Shown: positions 42,565 to 54,055 of the stretch, piece after piece
Position numbering within the stretch: position 1 is the stretch's first letter
Layout of the letters: every line of letters begins with the position of its first letter
DNA from: Eledone cirrhosa
Lineage: Eukaryota
Length of the DNA: 64,000 nt
Assembly: GCA_964016885.1 (NCBI GenBank)
Contig: OZ024747.1
Span: 27,962,001-28,026,000, forward strand
Direction of reading: 5' to 3'
Position numbers and translations under genes: made by a program
The notes under the pieces: generated by a model
The model's database searches: none
What the model saw: only the letters and a program-made list of their open reading frames with translations
What the model was told of the DNA's origin: nothing

Positions 42565-42600
42565 CCTTCTGATGAAGGACTAGTGTCCAAAACGTTAAAA
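42565..42600 (+). ncRNA. Minimal type I hammerhead ribozyme, probably inactive (G12>A)
   Basis: CTGATGA(42569-75)-A-GGAC-TAGT-GTCC-AAA-ACGT-T: the GAA box reads AAA and stem I is reduced to 2 bp. Homologous to the intact copy at 63818-63853, including downstream TATATCAA..GTTAA.CTAATATAT. Confidence 0.7.
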
Positions 42601-43539
42601 CTTTTCCTATTATATCAATTGTTAAACTAATATATTTCTTCATTGTACTGTGTTATTTGCTTTGTTGTTTCCATTTACTTTTTGCGTATATATATATATC
42701 AATGACATCAGCACTTGAGCTAAGCTCATGTACTATAACTATCAAGTCTATATATTTCAAACCAAGAAATGTCTCAGAATGCTACATTCATTCTTGACAG
42801 GTAATACTTGACCCAAAGCCATTTGTGCTGATAAACTTCTCTCCAAACAATTAATAATATAGACAGTTCTGACAGGATCTGTTGGATGGAGTATTTGAGG
42901 ACTCTTCCCCCATGACCCTCCCAGGATTTAGTGGGCAAAGAAGAGGGCAGGCAAATGTTTTTTTATTTCAATTTTCCATCATTGTGTGACACAAAGTAGT
43001 TCTATAGATCCAGAACTGTGTCAGTTATAAAAGTGATTTGTAGAAACTTGAAAAGTGTATTTCACAATATTTCAGACAATAAATAAAGATGGGAAGAAGC
43101 TACACTTGGTTTAACTGATGATCTATTGGCAAAATTGAATATCTTCCCTTTTATGTTTTTTTATAAACAGTTTTCATACCATACTGTCACAAGCTAATAT
43201 TCTGCAGTTTAAGCAGCTCAACTTGAAGTATACCCAGGGGAAAATAAATGATTTTATTAAATATGTTGAAACTAATTGTAACAATGAACATTGCCTAAGA
43301 AACAATAGCTAACATAGAAGGAAGAGTGAATGCACCATAAAGCGGTGTATTTTGAAATAGTTCAGAACATATCATTGAAGGAATGATTTTCTCACATTGA
43401 AGAAGTTTCAAATCTTTGCTCCAGTATCCTCTATGCAATATATAGATGCTCTGTATTGCAAGTATCATAATGTTTCAAATGTTTGCTCCAAAGTCTCCTA
43501 TATAACACATAGATGCTGTATGCTGGTATCACAATAAAA

Positions 43540-43762
43540 TGCTTCCAGTACATGCTGTAAAGTGGTTGGCATTAGGAAGAGCATCCAGCCATAGAAATCA
43601 TATTCCCAGTACACACTTTTAAGTGGTTGGTGTTAGGAAGGGCATCCAGCCAAAACAAAACGTACGAGCAGGACCTAGTCACTGGACCTGCCAGACCTTA
43701 GCATGTGACGGCTGTCTAACCTATGCAAGCATGGAAAATAGACATTAAACAGTGATGATGAT
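43540..43762 (+). mobile_element. SINE with RTE-derived tail and internal tandem duplication
   Basis: AAGTGGTTGG..TTAGGAAG.GCATCCAGCCA occurs twice ~61 bp apart. It ends in ATGCAAGCATGGAAAATAGACATTAAA...(GAT)n, a tail also seen at 57108-57180 (-) and 63258-63325. Confidence 0.6.
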
Positions 43763-44167
43763 TAATTTACCAGTGTTTAATACAGATTATATGAGAAAAG
43801 AATCAGTAAATTATAAATGCTTGAATTATTTTTAATGGGTTTGATGACCACAGAAAATTACAAATAATAGGATATAGGTTTGTGAATTTAAGCAGCAAAT
43901 TCCAACATTCTATATTAAAGTGTTTCTCTGTTTAGTAAACAATACATATGACTAAATCTAGATTCCACCATGGAAAAGCTTGTAAATTCACCTCCTGTAG
44001 ACCTGTAAGTTTTTATTCACCACAAGGGTCTACGTGAACCACATTGAGACGCCCTCATGTAGATGAAAGTATGTGAGTTGAAATAGCGGCAATGTCAGCT
44101 GTTATCCATTACCTCATTCACTTCAATAACAATATCAGACAAATATGTATTAGATGTATAATTCAAC

Positions 44168-44173
44168 TTTATT
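44168..44173 (-). promoter_or_regulatory. Polyadenylation signal of the minus-strand gene
   Basis: AATAAA on the minus strand ~30 nt after the TGA. Confidence 0.6.
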
Positions 44174-44204
44174 TATAAAAACTAGAAATTGTTGAGCGGA
44201 ATGT

Positions 44205-44285
44205 TCAGATATCTCTACTTCGTAAATCTAAGAAGTAACAACCTTTGAAGGAATTCAAACGAACATCAATTTCACCCTCTTCCAA
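44205..44285 (-). CDS. DUF4787-like secreted protein, last exon
   Basis: Minus-strand acceptor TGTTTCTTGTTGCAG, then LEEGEIDVRLNSFKGCYFLDLRSRDI*. Phase 0 with the upstream exon. Confidence 0.88.
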   Translation of the reverse strand: MEEGEIDVRLNSFKGCYFLDLRSRDI

Positions 44286-44686
44286 CTGCAACAAGAAACA
44301 AAAGGAAATTTAACATTCATTTAGCTAGCATAATTCTTAATTTGCATAATTCTTATTTGCATAAAACAAATAATTCTTGGTATGTATAAATGCAGATTTT
44401 AAGATAAATTTAATGTAGATATTACAGCCATTTTAAAATTAGAAGCATTAGCTGTGAAAAGAAAGAACTATGAAGTGTAAATGCTTATGAATTGAAAATA
44501 TATTCAATTTACACATCTCTGATATTTAATCCGTTTCGGTGGGTGTTTGAGGATGTTGAAGTTTATTACAGCCACAAACTGGCCCTTACATGTCTGTGGT
44601 CTGCTTGAGAGTGATTGTGATTACACTATCACTTCTATCAAAAACCCCAAAGACATGAAATAAAATAAATACAGAACTTTGCTTAC

Positions 44687-44830
44687 TTCATCATGTCCAT
44701 ACAGTTCACTGTAACATTTCTCTGAAATACACAGTCGTACACAGCGTGTGTGGTCCAGGGGCCGTGTCAGTAATTTTTGGCAATGAGCTGATGTCTCACA
44801 CTGGCTTTTAGCATGGCGATAGTGTTTGTC
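44687..44830 (-). CDS. DUF4787-like secreted protein, middle exon
   Basis: Acceptor GTGTTTTCAG and donor GTAAGC. 144 nt encoding DKHYRHAKSQCETSAHCQKLLTRPLDHTRCVRLCISEKCYSELYGHDE. Confidence 0.88.
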
Positions 44831-45029
44831 CTGAAAACACAAGGAAAGATCACATTCAATACAATAAGAAAACAAAGGGGCTAAGCATCAAATCAGACCA
44901 AAGAAAACGTTTCCATTATTGACAGTATCTGTTGGTGTAACATATCTTTAAAGGAATGAAGTCAATTGTCAGATCATTGGATCAACGAAATAATGTTTCT
45001 ATTGCTTAGTACTATCTATCAGTTGCAAC

Positions 45030-45245
45030 TCCTGGCAGGATTTGAACTCAGAAGGTGCTGAGTCAAATCAGATACTACAAAGTATTCCATTCCATCCCAC
45101 TCTTAACAGTTCCATTAATCCACCACCTATGGACTAGTACTTTAATTATTGACCTTGAAAAGTTGAAAGGTAAAGTTGACCTCGACAATATTTGAACTCA
45201 GAGTGCCAAAACAAATAGCAAGATCTGCTGCTATAATAACTTTGC
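45030..45245 (-). mobile_element. Two decayed tRNA-derived SINE heads
   Basis: ATTTGAACTCAGA (B-box-like GTTCAAAT on the minus strand) occurs twice, with AAAGGTAAAGTTGACCTCG resembling 59890-59910. Confidence 0.55.
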
Positions 45246-46027
45246 CAATTAATACAATTCTCAGTAAAAAAAATGGAGATTTATGTACGTTATTTAATGC
45301 TAAAGGCTCCAGTCATATGCCACTATTTTCCAAGTGACCAGAGGTGGGATTTGAATGTGGAACACATTAACATTTACATATTGCAAGGTTCAAAGAAGCA
45401 ATCAAGGAGATGAAAAATGGCAAAGCTGCTGAACCATCAGAGATACTGGGATGTTGAAATCATCTAGTGAATTGGCTGTGCTCTATGTAGAAAAGGAATA
45501 AGCAGGACACTATGATGTACGTACTCAATATAAACTATGGTTATGCAAGAGGTATAGTGAGATTGTTGATAGACTAACAAAAGATTTTGCGTGTAGCAGA
45601 TGTACGGTAATAGTTTATAGTAACAGCAGCAGTAAAACAAACCTTTTCCAATCCCAGGAAGATACCATAGAAGTTGAGTTTGTTACTTTGGTGATTTAAT
45701 TAGCAATGGAGGGGTGTTCAGAAAGCATAGTAAATAGAATAAGAATAGGCTGTAAAAAGTATTGAGTTACTGTTGACAACAAAGGAATTTTGAGCTTAGA
45801 TTCTATGACATTTGCATGAGAAGTGCAATGTTGCATGGCAATAAGACATGGGCAGTAAATCCTGAGTGTATGTGGAGATTGTAGAGAAATGAAGCAAGCA
45901 TTATCTGTTGGATGTGTAATGTTAGTATAATAATGAAATTATTGTGTAAAGTGCTCAGGTGCACTACAACTCGTCAATATAGTACATAGAATAATACACA
46001 AATGTCAGGGAAGTACGTGTGTATGTG

Positions 46028-48790
46028 TTAGCTGTAGTGTTGGCGGATCTCGGGAAGCATGGAGGCCTTAAAGGATGCAGTGTCTCGACAGCTAACAACT
46101 GATGCAGGTAGTTTGTTCCATGCTTCAGCAACTCTGAGCGTGAAAAAATGTTTCCGAAAGTCATGGGAACTGTGCTGTTTTCTTACTTTGTGGGCATGTC
46201 CACGTGTGTTAGACACATGGAAATCAAAAAGGTACCCAGGGTTGTTGTTGGCAACATGGTTAACAATTTTGTGGGTGTTTACCAATTCAGTTGCCAGGCG
46301 TCGGAGCTTCAATGAATCCATGCCCAGGGAAGCAAGGCGCTCAGATGCCTGATGGAGGGTATTCGCTTGGTTGCACATCTCTGAACAGTTTCCAGGCGGT
46401 CAATGTCCTGAGCAAGATAGGGGTTCCAGACTGGTGATGCAAATTCTAAGTGTGGTCGCACCATAGCTGTATACAGCATTAAATAGATATCTGGAGAGCG
46501 GCTGACAAAGGTCTTGCTGAGTGATGCTAAGACACCCTCGGCCCTCTTGACAATTTTAGAGACGTGCCTCGTCCAACGCAAATCGCTGCTGACCGTAATG
46601 CCCAGGTCACATTCACAGGAAGACTTCTTGATATTAGTGCCGTGGAGGGAGTATGTGGATGCTGGGTTTTTACTCCCAAAATGCATGGTGGTGCACTTGT
46701 CCACAGCTAGCTTCAGTTGCCAGTCTGAGATCCATTGTTTCATTGTGTCCAGGTCAGACTGCAAGCAAGATCTATAGTGTTCAGGATCTGTCCTTTTTAT
46801 CTCAAGGTACAGCTTGATGTCGTCTGCATACTTTAGTACTGTGGCATTCCTTAAGTTGGCATATATGTCATTAATATATGCCACAAACAAAAGGGGCCCA
46901 AGAACAGATCCCTGTGGTACACCAGATGACATCTCATATGGTGAGGAATGCTGTCCCAGAACCGTGACTACCTCTCTTCGACTGAGAATGAAGGACTTCA
47001 ACCAGTTAAAAAGATAATCCTTCACACCCATTGCAGAGAGTTTTGCCATAAGCCTTTTGTGTGGCACAGAATTGAAGGCCTTCGCAAAGTCAAGGTAAAC
47101 AACATCCACCCATGAGCCGCCATCAGTGATCCGGGTGATGTCCTCAAGAAACTCTATAAGTTGATCACCGCAGTTGGAGTTGGGGATAAATCCAAATTGC
47201 GAGGGTCGGATAAGACTGTGAGAGCTCCAGAAGTTCCAAAGTGTTTCTCTGACACAGGATTCCATCAGTTTGGCGATGCAACTAGTAAGACTGACTGGAC
47301 GATAGTTCACAGGTGATGTGCGGTCACCCTTTTTGAACAGAGGAATGACACTGGCAGTTTTCCACTGTTCTGGAGTAGCGCTGTTGTTCAGACAGAATTG
47401 GAAGAAGCGTGATAACTGGTGTAGAAGGAAGTACTCACCACGTTTAAGAAGCAGGTACGTAACACCATCAAGACCAGGAGAGGCATGGTTGCGTTTATTT
47501 TTTAGGTGACGTCGCAGCATTGCAGGTGTAAATTCCATGGTTGTAATAGAGTCCGGTGTCATAGGTGGTGGAGATGGTACACTCTGGTCTTCAATAGTGA
47601 AAATGCCTGCATAGCATTCAGCAATGAGCTCTGCTCATTCCTTGGGGTCGTCAGTAACCTGGCTTGTGTGGGGATTGCGAAGAGGACCAACTGGAGAGTG
47701 AGGCCTCTGCTTTGAGTGAACATACTTCCAGAACACCTTACTGTCAGGGCTGGTTGCTATGTGCTGCTCAAATTGAAGCACTGCCTTTTTTGTCACCTGT
47801 TTGAGGTGGTTGGACGATCTATTTCGCCTCTTCCTATTAATGTCTGATTTGTGAAGTTTGTACTCACGTTCAGCATTGCGCCGTTCTTTTCTGGCAAGAC
47901 GGACTGCTGCAGTCTCCCAAATTGCGCTTTTGGGATGTTTTTTCCGCTTACGTGACACACATGCTGTCCATATTGAGCTCAGGATGTTCTGGGGTACAGT
48001 GTTGACATCTCCAGAGTCGTAGAACTCAAGCCAGTTTGGCCGTTGCAACTCGGTGCAGTAACAGTTCCAGTCTGCTTTATTCCAATCAAAGTGAGCAGTT
48101 TGGAGATGGTTGTGGTTCTTGTTACTGCCCATGAGGGATAGATTGGCAATGATCATAGCATGATCAGAGTCACCTAAAGGTTCCTCAGCAGTAACATTAA
48201 TGACCGTTTCAAGAGTAGTGGTGAAGAGTAGGTCCAAAGTGTTGTCACCTCTCGTTGGGGAGGTGACCACCTGGGACCAACTCGAGTCCAGCACCAGCTC
48301 AAGGAAGTCATTTGCACTTGGCGGCCAACGAAAGGTCTCCCAGTCAATCTCAGGGTGATTGAAGTCACCTGCAATGAAAGCATAAGTGGCTGTCTTCCTG
48401 GCAGCAGCTCTGAGGATATCACAAAGTTGAGTGTCCTGATGGTAATTTGGGGGACGGTAAACGACTCCAAGTAGCAGTGTTGACATGGTCATACGTATAT
48501 CGCAGAAAAAAAACTTCCTGCTGTGATTGGTTCAAATCAGCACAAGGAATTGCCGACAGATTTGACCGAACGTAGACCATTACACCACCACCACGACGAT
48601 TAATGCGGTCGTTATGAAACAGGTTGTAGCCAGTCATGCTGAAAACCCCATCACAGAGTAAGGGATGTGCCCAAGTTTTTGTGACTGTAATGAAGTCCGG
48701 GTTGATACTTTTGACGTAGGAGTCAAAAAGATGAATCTTATTGCATAGACTACGTGCATTCAAGGACAACAATTTGTACCTTGATTCCAG
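46028..48790 (-). pseudogene. LINE ORF2 (AP-endonuclease + reverse transcriptase), disrupted
   Basis: Motifs LNARSL, GGGV, YRPP, GDFN, LDL and SDH (EN), and NYRPVSLTS, YLDFAKAF, GVPQGSVLGP, YADD and TRGH (RT/C-terminus). Frameshift near 48500, in-frame TGA at 47635-37 and frameshift near 46340. Confidence 0.92.
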
Positions 48791-48829
48791 TCTATGATTA
48801 TGTGCAGGGGATGGCAGGTTATTCTGATT

Positions 48830-50070
48830 TAGTTTCCCAGAGTTTTTTCAGTTTCTTTATTGTCAGTTGTTGTGGGTACAGTGTTTTCAGACCAGCTGGT
48901 GTCTCTTTTCCATGATTCACCAGCCTTAACAAACTTCCATATCTGCCCATCATCTCGTAGGCTGAAGCTTTCATGTTCTGCCGAGCTGCGGTTTAAGGAA
49001 CTTTGGGCGGACATCAGGTGGGAGACCAGGGCGTGTTTGGAAAGCAATCCGACTTTCACGCCTAGCTTTATCAGAGGCTACAAGGTATGAACGTGCCTCA
49101 GTTGAGTTTGAAAACGACAGTCTAATTAACCTGGGTTTCGGGCCTGGTCGGCCAAGGCGTAGAGCACCCTTTGCGGGAGCACAGCCCAGGTCTTTGGATG
49201 AACTGGTAGCAAATGCCTGAAGATCAACTATGTCTTCCGGCACACCAATGGCAATCACTTCGTGGTTTGCAGATTCAGTGGCATTCTCAATGCGTCTAGG
49301 TTCAACATGAGGTACGCGGAGATTTTTTAACAAGGCACTCCGGTAAGATCCTTCATTGTGGGGTTCTAAACGAACGCTTGATTTTATTTCCGCTATTCTT
49401 GACTTAAAGCGGAAATCATTTGCCGTATTTCCTCAAACTCCGTATTGACGGTCGGTTTTTGTTGTTGTTCTCCTTCAACAAGCATGGTAGAAGACACAGT
49501 CGTCGGTTGTTATTGTTGAAAAGTAACGGGTGAGGAAGACATGGGTTGCTGTTGATGAAGTCCTTCAACGGGGGTAGTAGCAGAAGCTACGGTCGTTGGT
49601 TTTTGCTGTTGTTCAGGAACAATGGTAGAGGAAGACACGATCCTTGGTTTTTGTTGTTGTTGTTCAGGAACAATGGTAGAAGACATGATCTTCGGTCTTT
49701 GTTGTTGTTGTTGTTCCGCAGCAATGGGAGAAGCAGGCATACAGTCCAGGCACTGAAAGGACCAGTTTGTTAGCTGGACCATCTCTCAGAGTCTATCCAT
49801 CGTAGCAATATGATGTTTCTTATTTTGGCCTGGGATCTTCCGGAAGCCTGTGGCGCATTGAAGGCAGACAGAGATGCAACAGGTTCCACATTTGACCCAA
49901 CGATTACGGAACGAGTTTTCGGGTTCCGTACAGATATGGCAGGTGTGATCTTCTGGGCAATGTTCTATTTTGGAACATCGACCAGTTTTGTCGCATACTT
50001 CATCGCCGGATATCACCATGGCAATTTTGTTATTTCTGCCCATCCGTAGAAAAACACAGAATGTAAACAA
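48830..50070 (-). pseudogene. LINE ORF1 with PHD-like zinc finger and Gln-rich repeats, disrupted
   Basis: CHIC...WVKCGTC...VCLQC...WSFQCLDC is read in one frame across an internal TGA (49786-88). There is a second in-frame stop at 49510-12 and a frameshift near 49395. The C-terminal IAIGVPE...RLGR...PRLIRLSF is typical of LINE ORF1. Confidence 0.75.
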
Positions 50071-50789
50071 TATAGGTTTAGCGTATTTGATTACGATAGA
50101 AATAAAATGTCTGTTTTATTGTTTTGTTTTTTGTGTATTTTGTTTCCGTTTTCCTAAATGTTGTGTGTGTACAGAAGAGTCTGTGCATGTAAACAAATAA
50201 ATATGCTGCGTAAGTTAAATGAAACGTACTGTAGAAGGCAGTTGTTTATTAACAGCGAAATAACGTTTTTTTTTCCTGATACTGCTTCTTTATAATAAAC
50301 TTTCAATATTTTTTTCAAATTATTAACTTTCAGCTGCTAGTATATATATATAATTAAAAGGTGTATGTGGGTTAGAAGCGAAGTCAATGTTCAGAAATAT
50401 TTTACCAATGTAAATTGGTAAAATTGGCCGGTATAGTGTCTCACACGAAATAGTGTGGTTTCTTTTCACGTGTGTATATGCATATGGTATATATCTGTAT
50501 ATAAATCTGTGTGTATATTGTTGTTTATATGTTTTGTGGAGTACTTACTGCGATCCTTAAGGGATGTAGTGATTTGTTTTGTTTTTTTTTCTTTTTCCCC
50601 GTCCATGTCCACACGTGGTTTGTTGGCGAAAATCAAGTCAAATTATATATACTTCGTTAAAATAATTCTATCTTGAAACTGGTACTAGTTGTCAGGGAAC
50701 AGTGAAAGTAATTGTAATAATGAATATTGTAATCCATCTGACATGTGTTTAAAGGGCAGTTTTTGGTGAAAATATTATATTTTGTTTGG

Positions 50790-51052
50790 TCAAGACGTGG
50801 TCAAGCGACCTTCCTTGTCGCCATAGTTTATATGAATGAACAGAGAAAAGCTGGATATATGAGGAATCAGACGTAATGAGCAAGAGAGGACTAATAATTT
50901 GGACATGTAATGCATATGGGTGAAAAAGTGAAAGGAAAACCTGGACAGGGGTGGTGAGAGCCAATCTCAAAATGCTGAACCTCACAGAGGAGAAAATAAA
51001 AATGCTGTGAGTGGAGGGAGGCTGCATAGAAAAGCAGATGTAAATAGTGATG
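50790..51052 (+). mobile_element. Decayed RTE 3' fragment
   Basis: TTTGGACATGTAATGC and GGAAAACCTGGACAGGGGTGGTGAGAGCCAATCTC parallel the RKTWTEVMTANL region of 57143-57535. Confidence 0.45.
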
Positions 51053-51235
51053 ATATATATATATATATTATATATGTGTTTGTCAGGAATGGGGCCCCTA
51101 TCATTAAAAAACCCCAAAGACTTATGAAATACAACCTTATAGGATGCCACCTAATCCTACACATGTGTGAGTGGTAACAACAACAATAATAAACACTTAA
51201 AGTAACAAAGCCTGCAGATTATTTTAAATACATAC

Positions 51236-51355
51236 ATCTCGCTTTTTTCTGAATTTATATTGTTTGAATTCATATTCTTTGGAACTGGTATGAATGATGA
51301 GTTGTATAAGTATGAGAATCAAAAAAACAGAGGCAATAGTATTTCTCTGGACCAT
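51236..51355 (-). CDS. DUF4787-like secreted protein, first coding exon (signal peptide)
   Basis: ATG at 51355 encodes MVQRNTIASVFLILILIQLIIHTSSKEYEFKQYKFRKKRD, followed by donor GTATGT (phase 0). An upstream acceptor TTTTTTGCAG near 51374 implies a non-coding first exon. Confidence 0.78.
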
Positions 51356-51451
51356 TCTGGAATCGAAGGATTTCTGCAAAAAAATAAATATAACAAAACA
51401 AAAAAAAGTGAAATCTTCAGATATAATATTCATAAAATATATTTCAAATTG

Positions 51452-51570
51452 TTAACCCTTTTGATACTTGAAACTGCTTCTGGTTCTCTGATAAAAAAAA
51501 CTGCTTATTTTAAAGTATTTATATTTATATAAAAACATTCCATAATGTAAGAACCTTTAAGTTATGCTCC
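51452..51570 (+). mobile_element. MITE 5' fragment
   Basis: TTAACCCTTTTGATAC...GAAACTGCTTCTGGTTCTCTGATA...AAGAACCTTT matches the start of the 52284 copy. Confidence 0.55.
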
Positions 51571-52283
51571 CTGAGAATTAGGTTATGGGTACACGTATCA
51601 ATGGAATACTCATCCATTTACATGTTAACTTAGAGATGATGAGTCGATATAAGAATTTTGTTTTATTCACTCAATATAAATCCATCAAGTGATGTTTTCG
51701 AGGATGTTTGGCTAGTCCAGCACCTTTACCTTGCCATGGCAATGTGAATCTATTACATGTCTTTCAGGTTGTTTGTTTTTAACATTTGAGGGATTCTAGC
51801 TATTGTTTCTAGTATGTCCTTCGTTTTTAAGAAGAGAGAAGAAAAAAAACATTAAAAAAAGAAGCGGTAAACTCTATACCGTTACCCAGGCAGTACATCT
51901 CAGCTGTGCCCCACTGACACAATGGCAAAAGCATTGCTGCAGAGAATAGCCAGGGGGATTGAGGGGGACATCTGAGGTCTCAATGGCAATCAGCACAAAA
52001 AGGAAGCCGTCAGTCAAATCCTGGAATTTGGTTAAGTTTTGTTTCTCTGCATTAAAGTTGGGTTTGTGACTGAGACGATAAAGTTGGCACCAGAAAACGT
52101 GTCACAAAATACAACATCCCATATCAGCAACCTACCCCACTAAAACGAGAAGAGAGATCTTTGTTTTGTTTTTTTGTTTTTTTCTTTCTCTGGCTAATAT
52201 TTATTGATTTCTTTCATTTGTAAATCATATTATATAAATTGTATTTATATGTGAATAGATACTGAAAATACTTGGTTTTTAGT

Positions 52284-52926
52284 TTATCCCTATTGAAACG
52301 AAACTGCCCCTGGTTCTATGATACAAAACTTTATTATAAGATGCTTTTTTTTTTTTTTTGTGAACCTAATATAATTAAATTTTTACAGAATTAAAATATA
52401 CACACAAATAATATATACAATATTTAATTACGTAAATATTTCACATAAAAAATATACAATCAAAAAGAAAGACACTATTAATTCAACACTGTGTCAATCA
52501 ATCGGTCACACACCACAAAGGGTGCCAGAGCCACCCTCTAAATACTTTTTGAGACAAGCCAACACTCTCGCATCATTATCGCGGTTTATAGTGAGGCTAA
52601 GTGGCTGGAACAACCAAGCACCCTCGCGGACATCACCCGATACCTCAGTGAGGCGAATCGATCTTCGTTGTCAGCCGTCCAACTTCCCGAAACGTCTCGA
52701 ATAGATTGTCCCAAACTCTGCTTCAGTCTCTCCTCCTCTGTCAAACCTAGCTCCCACCACTGTAAAAAACCTTCCATCATAATTTTATATAAGAACCTTT
52801 GTGTTCAAAACACCAGCTTAATAAATTATATTACTAAATCCCACTAAATTCTTCATTATTTTCAAAATTGATTGAAAATCATAGGCAATGTCTTTCATTA
52901 GAAATATGGTATAACGAAAGGGTTAA
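52284..52926 (+). mobile_element. MITE copy interrupted by a poly(A)-tailed insertion (52345-52763)
   Basis: Starts TTATCCCTATTGAAAC and ends AACGAAAGGGTTAA. The two halves are collinear with the intact inverted copy at 39246-39493. Confidence 0.6.
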
Positions 52927-53177
52927 AACCATTCTAAAAGCGTTTTTGTCAATCATTGCCAGAATCGTTAATTAGAGAGAAAATCGGAGACAATTAGTTT
53001 ACAGTAATACATCTGTTAATTAAGAGATATTTCGCTGTTATAACAACATAGAGAGGTGTTTCTAGAATTATTAGGAGGTTCAGAAAATAGTTTCTACTTC
53101 TGAGTAAAATTAATCTAGAAAGTAAAACAGAGTAAAAACAATTTACAGAAAAATAATCCAGATAAAAATAAACATAC

Positions 53178-53235
53178 CTGATATCGTACAAACACTGGAG
53201 AGTTGTTCAGGTAAACATTGGTTACCTCCCTTGCT
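53178..53235 (-). other. Candidate non-coding first exon of the DUF4787-like gene
   Basis: Strong minus-strand donor CAG|GTATGT at 53178/53177 in apparently non-repetitive sequence upstream of the 51374 acceptor. Start unknown. Confidence 0.3.
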
Positions 53236-53269
53236 GATAGTGCACCAGCAGAGGATTTCGATATATTCA

Positions 53270-53450
53270 TTAATTGACACTATCGTTAGAGTTACGTCCC
53301 TTGAGGTTCTGAGTTCAAATCGGACGCGGTTAGCTTTGCTTTTCGTTCTTATGTGGTCGATAAAATAAAGTATCAGTAACGTACTGGAGTAGATTTCATC
53401 GACTTTCCCTTCCCCCAAAATGTTGGCCTTGTGCCTAAATCAGAAATCAT
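53270..53450 (+). mobile_element. tRNA-derived SINE
   Basis: B-box-like GAGTTCAAAT, then GTCGATAAAATAAAGTATCAGT...TACTGG...ATCGACTT, shared with 59075-59260, 59852-59990 and 60175-60245. Confidence 0.65.
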
Positions 53451-53741
53451 AATATAGCAAGTACTCTTCGGCAAACACACAAAAGCAAAAGCTCAGCCGG
53501 TCATCCCGATATATATATATATATATATATATTGTTATATTTGGGGAGGGTCATATTTGCGTAATATTGCCAGAATTAATAACAGAACACACTCACTGTT
53601 TGGTTGGTTTTCGCTTCTCGCTGTCTTTTATATATATATATCTGCGATCTAACTTACTCGGTCCTCAATGTTGCCATTGACTGACCGGCGGTCAAAAATA
53701 ATACAGATACAATATAGACAAACACATATATATATAGTTTA

Positions 53742-53779
53742 CATAAATCTTTCGTTGCACATCTGCAACATCGTCAGTG
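53742..53779 (-). ncRNA. Minimal type I hammerhead ribozyme in the Penelope 3' region
   Basis: Minus strand reads CA-CUGACGA-U-GUUGCA-GAUG-UGCAAC-GAA-AGAUUU-A-UG: intact core, perfect 6-bp stem II, self-complementary (G.U) helix III segment and only 2-bp stem I. Confidence 0.75.
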
Positions 53780-54055
53780 GTGTTATATTCATTGTTCCTC
53801 CTGTTGTGTTGTATGTCTACGCCATTTTTTTTTTTTTTGTTCAGTCTGTCTATATATTTATTTATTTATTTGCTTGTTTGTTTATCTTATTTTATTTTGT
53901 CTTCTTTGCGCATGCGTTTGCGTGTGTGTATAGTGTTATGTGTGATGTGTGACTAGTGTGTATAGTGTTGTGTCTGCTGGGTGACTAGTGTGTGTTTATG
54001 TGCTTGTGTATGTATTTATTTATCTTATTTTATTTAATTTAGTTTACTTATTTAT

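Larger units (their letters stand above)
45927..50195 (-). mobile_element. Near full-length decayed CR1/L2-group LINE in an intron, same sense as the host gene
   Basis: 5' UTR, PHD-type ORF1, APE endonuclease + RT ORF2, 3' stem-loop AGTGC-ACCTGA-GCACT (45950-45965) and short (ATT)n tail (45927-45934). 5' boundary approximate; no TSD found. Confidence 0.9.

Noticed and set aside
39886-43125. Other CTGATGA matches (~39886, ~43115) as hammerheads
   Set aside because: No stem II followed by GAAA.
46059-47715. Plus-strand ORFs over the LINE
   Set aside because: Antisense shadows of the RT frame with no recognisable motifs.
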